A stretch of 64,000 nucleotides of DNA from contig OZ024742.1 of the NCBI GenBank assembly GCA_964016885.1, positions 60,450,001 to 60,514,000 on the forward strand. The letters are read 5' to 3'. Positions 53,560 through 64,000 of this stretch are shown piece by piece. A program made the position numbers and the translations under genes. This DNA is from Eledone cirrhosa. Its lineage: Eukaryota. How positions within the stretch are numbered: position 1 is the stretch's first letter; the number at the start of each line of letters is the position of its first letter. Under the pieces are notes generated by a model. The model was not told the DNA's origin. It did not search any database and saw only the letters and a program-made list of their open reading frames with translations.

Positions 53560-54657
53560 ATGTGGACCCTCAGAACTTTAGCATGGACAATGATATAGAA
53601 TTATGCTGGAAATCGTGGGAGTATTACCATTCTTGTTTTGTCGACGTTTCTGTTCGGATAAATGGTGCTAAATCGTAACCATGCAATGTGGGAGTCGAAC
53701 TTGGCCAAGGGTGCATTCTCTCACCTCTCTTGTTAATTATTTACTTGAACAGAATTCACATGCATAGCCAGGTTGAAAGTAATATCAAGACAGGCGGGTG
53801 CACAATCAGTCAGCGGGAATTTGCAAACAAATTGGTGTTACATATCTCGACAGAAGGTTATCTCCTACTTGCATTCAATAGGTTTGATGTTGTGGGACTA
53901 GAATGACAATCAATGCTGCGAATACTGAGACACGCGTCAACCCAAGGAAGCCTGCGCAGTGCACTCTACATGTGAATGGTGTTCCACTAAAGCAGGTAAA
54001 GAAGTTCAAGTATCTCGGGGCAGTATCTAAGTGCAAGAATTGCTAGCGTTGTTGTAGTAAAGCGCCATCATCAACATTTAGTAATCAGATGAAGGGAGAT
54101 AGGCGGAAAATTCAAACTCGCTCTCTTCAATATGGTATTCCTGCCAACCCTTATGTAGGGGCATGAATCTTTGGTTATGACCGAAAGAATACGATCGCGA
54201 ATACAAGCGACCGAAATGGGGTTTCTTCCGAAGGGTATTTGGAGTAACGTTACTCGATAGAGAGCGTAGTTCAGAGATCATGGAGTCACTTCAGGTAGAG
54301 CTGCTACTTTTCCGAATTGAGAGATCAAAGGTCTGATTTTATAGGCTTGTTAGAATGTCTCAGGAAAGAATCGCTGGACAGAGTTTACCGGCAAAACGAA
54401 CTCACACGAGACTGACGGGTAGACGCCGAGTAAGGTGAATGGATAAGATCCAAGTGCTTCGCTTGTCTTGCTTAGGGTTCTGGCCGGATCAGTTGGAGAT
54501 GGTTGCTCATGACAGCACTCGCTAGAAGGAGTGGTTGAGAACTCTCCCCCACGACCCGCTCACATATAAGTGGGCGAAGAAGAAGAAGAAGAAGAAGAAG
54601 AAGAAGAAGAAGAAGAAGAAGAAGAAGAAGAAGAAGAAGAAGAAGAAGAAGAAGAAG
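53560..54657 (+). mobile_element. RTE LINE 3' portion with (GAA)n tail
   Basis: VGVELGQGCILSPLL, KFKYLG, IQATEMGFLRR, VELLLFRIERS, LPPRP; (GAA)n at 54577-54657. Confidence 0.88.
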
Positions 54658-54820
54658 GATGATGATGATGATGATGAGGAGGAGGAGGAAGAGGGCTTTA
54701 GATAAGTGTAAATATATTAAAATAAATAGTTTTACCCCACAGTAAAAGGTCCCTTTTCAAAAAGTCTGGTACCAAAAGTTTTACAGAAAGAAGTAATATA
54801 TATATATATATATATATATA

Positions 54821-54857
<37 letters not shown>

Positions 54858-56149
54858 ATAAGAGCAACAGACACTGGAAATACATATTAAACACAACATT
54901 GTCTAAAGTTTTAATAGAGGTACAGATCAAAGAAAAAGATGATGAGGAATTAATAGATGCCGACAACATAATCAAATAATAATTTACATTCGATCAATAT
55001 AATTGCTAGTTCTTTCTTCCTGTCTTCTACATTCCCCAAAATAACTTTCACCCAGCGTCTTATGGCCACTATGTTTGCTAGAAATAGCAGCCAAATCTCC
55101 CTACAATTAAAAAAAAGTTAGCTTTCCAATCACATGAGCCTGCGTTCTAACACTATTTTTCTTCATGTGACTACTTCTGCAAAGTTACTCAAACATTTAT
55201 TCCTGTACATCATTTGTGTACATAAGTTGAATATTTTGGCAATGATACCCTAGAAATAAATTATTTAAATACCATTCATCTCTTGAATCCCTTCTACATG
55301 TGAGTAAGCAACATAAAGTTTAGGCTTTTGCTTATACAGATCATTAATGTCGCAAAACACAAATTTCCCAGTTTGTATGATTTTTCATATACCCGGAAAT
55401 ATTTAAATTCATATACCCTAAATGTAAATACGATGAATGCAATCAATCATTATTGACGACAAAGTCTTCGTTGTAACAAAATAACATCCTTTCATAAGTG
55501 TCTATGTTGTTATTCTGCCTGCTAAAAACAGGAGCTCAGCTTCCCTGAAATCATACATATACCTTCAAAAAACGCTTTCATCAACGATTTTATAGCGAGA
55601 ATCATTTCAAATATTTGTAAAAATAATTAGTTTATACTATTAGATATAAAGAATATGAAGAATATTAGACAGAGTAAGTAGAACTTGTTGTCAGAAAGAG
55701 GACGACTGTTCAGTGTCAAGAAATAATCCATCCCTGTACAAAACAAATTCCAGTGAGTGAGTATTTAGAATTTTTTGCCACAAGCAGATCTAAATTTCAA
55801 GTATTTTCATTTTACCTTTTTTCAGACAAAGCCAAATTCAAACAAGGTAAATAAGGGAAATATATTCAAGAAGAAGAAACCACAGCTACCTAAACTTTAA
55901 CAAGCTTCACTCGCTAACGTACAATTGTTGCTCCTTCTGTCACGCTATACATACACTAAATGTAGACCGACTTACTATTTGGACAAATTCAGTGACCAAC
56001 AGAGCCTTATTTATTATATAGTTACGTGACCCTAATGCACGAACGAGGCAGAGAAGCAGACTAAAAAAAAACAAATTAATCTTAAGCAGGAAACCATGTA
56101 AGATTCGTTCCCTCTATAAAAGTGATGGAATTGTCAAATAATCGTTTCT

Positions 56150-56300
56150 TATATAGGCCCAAAGCCAGCAATTTTGGGGGAGGAGAAAGTCGATTAAATC
56201 GACTCCAGTGCATGACTGGTACTTTATTTTATCGACACCGTGACTTTGAATGTCAAAGTTAACCTTGGCATAGCGTCCAACCGTCTACCGATACTGTCAA
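56150..56300 (-). mobile_element. Decayed octopod SINE
   Basis: Reverse complement of GTCGATAAAATAAAGTACCAGT...GTCGATTTAATCGAC...TTGCTGGC. Confidence 0.75.
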
Positions 56301-56584
56301 TCCACCGCCCTGGAATTCTCAAATAATGGTCAGGAGCGACGCAGTTTCGTCGTAGTTCCTTGTCTCTATAGCTCCTGCTACTTCTAAAAAGTAAAACAAA
56401 ATTGTGAAATGGTAATTTAATGTAAATAAATCTACTTAAAGTCTCCAAGTGAATTTTCTACTTCCTTTCTTTATACTTCTACCGGTGATTAAGAAAAACA
56501 ACTTATTTTCCTATATCCGTACATACACAAGCACATGGACCCCCACGCACACGTACAATTATATATATACATACATATACACAC

Positions 56585-56615
<31 letters not shown>

Positions 56616-56622
<7 letters not shown>

Positions 56623-57091
56623 TAAAATAACAGATTAAAGTTTAAGCAAAGAATCGCTGCTTTCACCCTTAACGGGATCTTCTGAAACTAACAAAGTCAA
56701 TCTGTAAACGCAGAACTGGATATTTCAAAAAACATTGCAATCGGAGGAAGACAGGAAGACGATACTTTGGTTCGTGGTAACGTTCGCTGGCAAAGAACGG
56801 GAAAAAACGAATAATACGTCATTCTTTTGCCAGCGAACGTTACCACGAACCAATGTATCGTCTTCCTGTCTTCCTCCGGTTGCAATGTTTTTTGAAATAT
56901 CCAGTTCTGCGTTTACAGATTGACTTTGTTAGTTTCAGAAGATCCCGTTAAGGGTGAAAGCAGCGATTCTTTGCTTAAAATTTAATCTGTTATTTTAATA
57001 AATATTTGCTCTACGGTTCTTATATATTTGATATATATTTTCCTTATCGAGCCCTCTTTGGATTTTAGTCTTCAATTTTATTATTATTACT
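56616..57091. mobile_element. Palindromic TA-flanked element, family U
   Basis: 56616-56794 and 56826-57004 are inverted. The right tail ends TTATTATTACTA(TA)n. Confidence 0.88.
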
Positions 57092-57139
57092 ATATATATA
57101 TATATATATACATACATATATATATATACACATATATAT

Positions 57140-57193
<54 letters not shown>

Positions 57194-57208
57194 ATATATA
57201 TGTATATG

Positions 57209-57285
<77 letters not shown>

Positions 57286-57338
57286 TTATATATATATATA
57301 AACATATATATATATATACATATTTTTATATATATATA

Positions 57339-57370
<32 letters not shown>

Positions 57371-57377
<7 letters not shown>

Positions 57378-58050
57378 GTGAATAAGGGTTTTTTACAAAA
57401 TGAAAAATAACCGAGGTGTCCTACACGAGTGAAAGTATAAAGAAAAAGAGATGAAATCGAAACTGCAACTGGAGTCTTATTTAAAAAAATATATATATAT
57501 TTATTTGGTTCCTTTACCGGTTTCGCAGTTCTTCTGCTTTTCAAAAGGTGAGTTGAGATGGAGGGTCTGTGGTTTTTCTCACATCTGGTTGGTCTCTGAA
57601 TGTTACTTGTTTTATATGGAAAAAAAGCCTCGAAAAGGCCAGGTTTTTCGAGAAGTAATTTGATTGGTTTGTCAATAATTATAATAAATTTCGCGCCAGA
57701 TCGCGTTACAATAGTTCTTCAAATAAGAGGGGGGGGGGGGGGTTGTCACAGGTTGTTTTTACATATATGAGTGTTTGAATTTCTTTTTACCTGAAAAAAG
57801 GAGGCTCACGAAGGCTCTTTTGGGGTTTGTTATAAATGAAATTATGGCTGTCAGGTGAACAAATTTTCATTAAATTGTTGTGCCCTTATTTGGAAAACCA
57901 TTCTGTAGCCTTTTTAGAGAATTTTTTGATAAGTGAAAGATAATGGTCAAGAGAAAGGGATGGGAGAATTGTTCTGGTTCAGTGAATATGTTTAGTTCGC
58001 TGGGGTGTCAGAATTCAGATTTTCTATTGAATAAAGAAAGTAAAGATATG
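57371..58050 (-). mobile_element. Old PLE 3' end with degenerate hammerhead (57511-57548)
   Basis: cctt TTGAAAA gcag aagaa ctgc GAAAC CG GT A aagg. Confidence 0.6.
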
Positions 58051-58076
58051 TGTGTTTATTTGTGTGCTTGTGTGTG

Positions 58077-58130
<54 letters not shown>

Positions 58131-59150
58131 AATTTCTTTACTTAAAAAAAAGGTGGTTCACGAAGGCTTTTTTTTAAAGTCTTCTTTTTAAAGGCTTTTT
58201 TTTAAAGCCTTCGTGAAGTGATTCTGCAATCACCTTGCCTGGTTCTTCGAGTAGACTACAATCACAGTGATCATTAATTTAGAAATCTCGCTCATCGTGT
58301 ATAATATTCATTTGTGGCACTCTACGATTGAGGTTAATCACCATAATAAGAACACCTTCAGCACAACTTAATAGACTACTTTATAGTTAAAACACTTTAA
58401 ATTTTAGAAATTATTTAGAAACTGCGCATAACCATATAAGTTAGGGACTGTTTTGAGACACAATTTAATAGTTAGTAATAGAAACCACTGAGTTACCTCC
58501 TCTCATGCATTAACTCCCCTTAGCCACACACACACTTCCGGGTAATATTTCGATGTCGATTCTCGCAACGTAACATCCTCCTGTATTGAGCTAAAGAACA
58601 TCAGACTACGATTCTCTAACTGGATTGTCAAACGCCCAATATCGAATCGTCGTGGATTATGTGAGGGGCATATAATCTGAAAAGTACGCTCCCCAGACTA
58701 TGAAAATGTCGCAGTGCATGAAACCCATATCATCACTTCGCTACGCATTTCCAATATTTTTAATGATTACATTATTTTTAATACTTATATTATTTCTCCA
58801 CACACAGGCTATAACAATCATATAAAGAATTCATACCAGATCAACCCTCTTAACACTCTTGATTACCTGCTTAAGTGCTTCTATTACACGTCACTCTCTG
58901 CCACACTATATAAACAAGACGCACGTGCTTGCCACACATATAACCATTGCACTCTATAACCGCTTAATTTCATGTTGTATTTTAACCTGTATGTTTTATT
59001 GTATCTTTTAATTTTAATATGAATGTAATCTCTAAATGTGTACTGCAACACTAAATGCTGTAATGAATGTTGACCCACAATATTTGCATATGTATCTGTA
59101 CGTCTCTTGGGTGAAAAGGAGGTCATATAAATGTTCATTCAATAATAAAT

Positions 59151-59197
59151 TGCTCCGAAGAATCCAAACCTCGGTTTGGAGGAAACAGTTGTAAGCA
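59151..59197 (+). ncRNA. Hammerhead variant (CCGAAGA core) in an old pLTR ending at ~59403
   Basis: tgct CCGAAGA a tccaaacc tc ggtttgga g GAAAC AGTT GT A agca. Confidence 0.75.
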
Positions 59198-59398
59198 TCA
59201 AAATGTTTTGAACAGTTCTTTGATTCTTATAATTCATATAACTGGTCTGTAAATCATCTGATGTTATTACATTGAGCTATTTAACTTACTGGTAATAAGG
59301 TAGTAGTATATTACTGCCTACCACTATTTAGGGTTTATAAAAATATATATAACTACAAAAGGTTTTTGTATTTGCATAACCATAAATAGTATAATCAA

Positions 59399-59464
<66 letters not shown>

Positions 59465-60661
59465 ATATATATGTATGTGTGTGTGTGTTTGTGTGGGAGG
59501 GGTGTCATTAGCTTTCCTGTATTAAAAAGATGAACTGGAAATTTAACGTATGCATTAATTGGGAATAAACAGTGATTATAAACGAATAAACTTGTATTGT
59601 TTATAGCATTAATAGCATTCAGTCTCGGGGAGATATTTCGAATATAAAACATAAATTATTGAAGCAATAAATAACACCGAAGTTTTCGACACTCTCTCTC
59701 TCTCTCTCTCTCGCTCTCTCTCCCCTATCTATCTCTCTCTTTGTCTGTCTCACTCTTTCTATCTCTCTCCATCCTGCTTTCTCTCTCCCACGCACACATA
59801 CACACATAAAATATAGATTAAGAAACACGCAAAACGCTCAAACATGGAATGAACCGAATGCCGTGTCATATGAAAATAATATAAATATAAAATAAAAAAA
59901 AAATTGAAATTAATTTAGAATTCATGAAACACTGTTTGAAATAAAAAAATAAAAATAGGGCGGCAAACTGCACGCTGATTCAAAGAGTGAGCATTACAGT
60001 ATCCTTGCAGTAAGGGGAAAAGTCATCAAGAGCACTGACATGCATGCGCGAGGCATGATGTCGTTAAAAGGCATCAGTGATGAGGATGGTATGGGCGGAA
60101 AATATAAATGAGAAAAACCGTTATCTAGCAATGCAATAAATGATTAAATAAAATAAAAAACAATTCTAAAAATAATTTCCATTGTATAATGTTCTTATGA
60201 AATTTATAAAAGATGGGGCGCTGACGGTATATTTTCTTTAATGGAAAGTTGGTATCTTATAACGATTTGAGAAGTTCTGCATTCCACTCTCCACTCGTCA
60301 GTATATACCACCTGCGGTCCGCAGACAATTTCGCAGAAATAAGTTAATTTCGTTATGTTCTGATCTTATATTTATACCATCTTGTTTTATGAGAGGTGTA
60401 TGGAAACAGCACATACGTCTATGTAAGTGTCACCCCTCTCTCTCACTGTCTCTCGCTCCGAGAGAAAGAGATACAGAGGAGCTGGAATACTCATTGTAAA
60501 GGCACAGGCTGTGTGACGAAAAGTTATGACAATTACCAATTAAACCACCTGCTTACGTAACTAATCGTTCAAAGGATTAACTAATACTCAACTGAAGTGA
60601 ATCACAACTGGTGCGTGGGTTTTATTGGCATTATGAAGCTCTCAAATATATACTGTATATA

Positions 60662-61051
60662 CAGTAATCCCTCGCTATATCGCGGTTCACTTTTCCTGGT
60701 TCCGCTACATCACAGATTTTTATTTGAAACGTATTTAATTTCCTATTGCGTTAATCCTCGCTACATCACGGACTTTTCTTTGGAACGTATCTAAATTCCT
60801 AACGCGGTAATCCTCGCTACATAGCGGATTTTTCGTTTGAACATGTTTATTTTCTTACCGCGGTACGTACGTCTGAATAAAAGGTGTTTAAATACAAAAG
60901 CGTGTTTTAATGAATTTATATGTATTTAAAGCGTGTAGGAGGGGTATTTTGAGGCGTAAACTATGAAAACAACGGTTGTCATTATGGTCTCTCTATATCG
61001 CAGATTCCCATTTATCGCGGTTGGTTCTGGAATGTATAAACGGGGGATTAC

Positions 61052-61053
<2 letters not shown>
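60662..61053. mobile_element. Tigger/pogo-type MITE
   Basis: TIRs CAGTAATCCCTCGCTATATCGCGG and CGGGGGATTACTG; internal AATCCTCGCTACAT subrepeats. Confidence 0.8.
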
Positions 61054-61099
<46 letters not shown>

Positions 61100-61102
<3 letters not shown>

Positions 61103-61251
61103 TAATCCCCCGTTTATACGTTCCAGAACCAACCGCGATAAATGGGAATCTGCGATATAGAGAGACCATAATGACAACCGTTGTTTTCATAGTTTACGCC
61201 TCAAAATACCCCTCCTACACGCTTTAAATACATATAAATTCATTAAAACAC
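61100..61251. repeat. Inverted duplicate of the MITE right end (60903-61053) across a (TA)n tract
   Basis: Near-perfect reverse complement. Confidence 0.9.
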
Positions 61252-61410
61252 ACTTATATATATATATATATATATATATAACACAGGATCGCATGACATT
61301 GTGGGTATACCACATACGTTGTACAAGGCGCATATGAGCACACAAAATCAGATCATCAAAGCAAAGAACACAGTATCTTCGTCTTACCCTGACTACGGAT
61401 TTCTCTCTTA

Positions 61411-61514
<104 letters not shown>

Positions 61515-61515
61515 A

Positions 61516-61596
<81 letters not shown>

Positions 61597-61604
61597 ATAT
61601 ATAA

Positions 61605-63424
61605 AATAAAATAAAATAAATAAGTCAAATGTTTACAATTTTTTAAAATTTGGCTTCCTTTATTACTGCTATATATATTTTAGTGACACCTATCATTGGC
61701 TGTGACCTCTTCAGGCAGTCCGAATTAGTGTGGTAGAGACGAGTACACATGTTGTTGAGGTGTTTAACTTTGTCAATACTCTGATATGCCCAGTTCCTGG
61801 TTGGGTTGTTATTTCACTGAGGAACTGAAATCATATGAATTTAAACAAACGAATTTCAGTGTCAAAGGACATTTCCTCTCATTGGTCAGTTGTGTGAACA
61901 TTCCTCAGTCAAAAGTCTATAGAAATTCGTACTGAGGCGAGGCAATCTGTAGTGGTTGTTCTTGTTATTGTTAAGTACATCTGTCCTCCACTCTTATGTT
62001 GGTAGTGGTGTTGGTGTTGGAGTCAGATCAAAGAAATGATAAAGTGGTAGAAGGAATAAGATGGTAAAGGAACAAAATACAATAATCAAATAAAATGTGT
62101 GTGTGTTATATACCCAATCTCAATTGTTAGAACTATTTGTAAGGTCACTCTTCCCATTGGTCAGTTTTGAGAGCATTCCTCAGTCAAAATTCTATAGAAA
62201 TTCTTTTTAGGGTGAGGATCCCTGTAGTGTTTGATTTTGCTATTGTTAAGTACATCTGACCTCTACCCTTATTTTGGTAGTGGTGTTGGTGGAGGTAGGG
62301 GGGTCTGCCATGTATATGAAGAAATAGAAGGCAATGAAATGAAGAAGACAGAAAATAAATAATAAATATAAAATAAATGAAAAATTAATGAAAAATGAAA
62401 AATGAAAAATGAAAAATGAAAAATGAAAAATGAAAAATGTAAAATGAAAAATGAAAAATGAAAAATAAAAATGAAGATTCAAATAAAATAAAATGTGTGT
62501 GTGCTATAACCATCTCAAAGTCAGAACGATGTTGGATAAAGTGGTAGAAGGAACAAGATGGTAAAACGAAAAACGAAAGATAATCAAATAAAATGTGTGT
62601 TATAACAAATCTCTACTTAAATATAAGGCAGTAAAGTGAAGAAAACAGAAAACAAATGAAATATCAAGTAAAATAAAATGTGTGTGTGTTATAAAGATGT
62701 TGGCCAAATTAGAAAGGCTGTGTCAGAATCAATCTCTAGGCTATCATGGTGTCTGCTCATCCTGGGTGGGTCCCTATGGCTTGGGGAGAGTTCCCAACCT
62801 TGGGGTTGTTTTTGCCCATATAGGTTGAGGGAGATCTGGCCGAGAGGTGTCTACATGTGCTGGGGAAGCCCCTATATCTTGAGGGGAGTTCACATCTCAG
62901 TGTGTTGCTACTGTCCATATAGCTTGAGGAAGTCTGCATGTCCCGAGGTGTCTGCATGTCCCGAAGGTGTCTGCATGTCCCGAAGAAGTCGGTTCTGAGG
63001 TTTATCAGGCGGATTCCACCTTTTAGTACCACGAGGGTCTCGTTCAGACATAGTTTGCATATGCCAGCTCCCCCTTTATCGGGTGGTACTTTCCTGATTA
63101 TGGACCAGTTCCTCAGTGAAATAACAACCCAACCAGGAACTGGGCATATCAGAGTATTAACAAAGTTAAACACCTCAACAACATGTGTACTCGTCTCTAC
63201 CACACTAATTCGGATTGCCTGAAGAGGTCACAGCCAAAGATGGCTGTCACCGAAATATATATAGCAGTAATAAACGAAGCCAAATTTAAAAAAAACTGTA
63301 AACATTTGACTTATTTATTTTATTTTACATTACTCTGGAGTAACCAAACCAACCTGCGCACTTCGTCGAGTGCTCCAATCTGCATACTGAGGTGTTGGTA
63401 TACAACCAGCATATACTCAAAATT

Positions 63425-63425
<1 letters not shown>
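61605..63425 (-). mobile_element. 5'-truncated PLE (family X) with inverted 5' pLTR
   Basis: GIY-YIG end WSIIRKV...CKLCLNE...TCRH (63110-62965). The 3' pLTR 61613-61827 is inverted relative to 63107-63325. Confidence 0.88.
63215..63267 (+). ncRNA. Type I hammerhead (mutated mirror at 61666-61718)
   Basis: ttgc CTGAAGA ggtcacagcca aaga tggctgtcacc GAAA TATATA T A gcag, then AATAAA. Confidence 0.88.
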
Positions 63426-63461
<36 letters not shown>

Positions 63462-63910
63462 GGGAGTATTTTACAAATGAAAACCGAAATAAATTCCTTT
63501 AGTATTTTCTACTGTTTTTTGTTTTTTTTAATATATATATATATATATATATATCATAGATTGAGTTAGAAACTCATAAATCTTTAAATCGAGACAGGCA
63601 AACCATATTGTTTTTTTTATATTAGTATTTTTTCAACCTAGCTAACTTGGTCATTTGCAATTCGAACACATGTATACTTGTATCGGCGTTCATCCCTCTC
63701 ATACATTCAATTGTATATATATTTGCGTGCGCGCGCGCGTGTGTGTGTATGTGTGAGTGTGCGTGTGCGTGTCCGTGTGTCAGAGTGTGTGTGTGTGATT
63801 GTAAACATCTGACCATTTTGTTAACTTTTATACACCATGTTAATACAGCCACTTAATGAAAATCCCTTGTTTGCATAGAATAAATGAACTTTGTATCATT
63901 CTGTATCACT

Positions 63911-64000
63911 AGGGGAATTGGCAGTATCGATAGAGGGTCTGACGCCATGCTTTCCTGCATAGTTACGTCCCTTTACGGTCTGAGTTCAAATCCCGTCGAG
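63911..64000 (+). mobile_element. Octopod tRNA SINE, cut by the window edge
   Basis: TGGCAGTATCGATAGAGGG...TCTGAGTTCAAATCCCG. Confidence 0.85.

Noticed and set aside
56930-56972. Hammerhead in family U (CAGAAGA..GAAAG)
   Set aside because: Core is altered in all three arms and stems I and III do not pair.
62757-63203. 148-aa ORF as a single protein
   Set aside because: Chance fusion of an inverted pLTR, the GIY-YIG end and an 18-bp tandem repeat.

Overview
AT-rich, microsatellite-dense eukaryotic DNA, most likely from an octopod cephalopod (inferred from OK/OR-like tRNA SINEs). I found no host gene I can support. The window is dominated by Penelope-like retroelements (PLEs) of two lineages (RT plus C-terminal GIY-YIG) and many short non-coding relatives, almost all bounded by (TA)n tracts. 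By eye I count about 14 canonical-core and about 10 degenerate type I hammerhead ribozymes. Many insertions are tail-out palindromes. Two non-coding families are circularly permuted tandem monomers (~437 and 510 nt) with one hammerhead each, like retrozymes; one carries octamer motifs reminiscent of newt satellite 2. Also present: a Tx1/L1-like LINE with a candidate 37-nt intron that would fuse ORF1 to ORF2 in frame, RTE and CR1 fragments, SINEs, mariner and hAT remnants, pogo/Tigger MITEs, and an inverted repeat with two convergent tRNA-like heads. All calls are manual and element boundaries are approximate.
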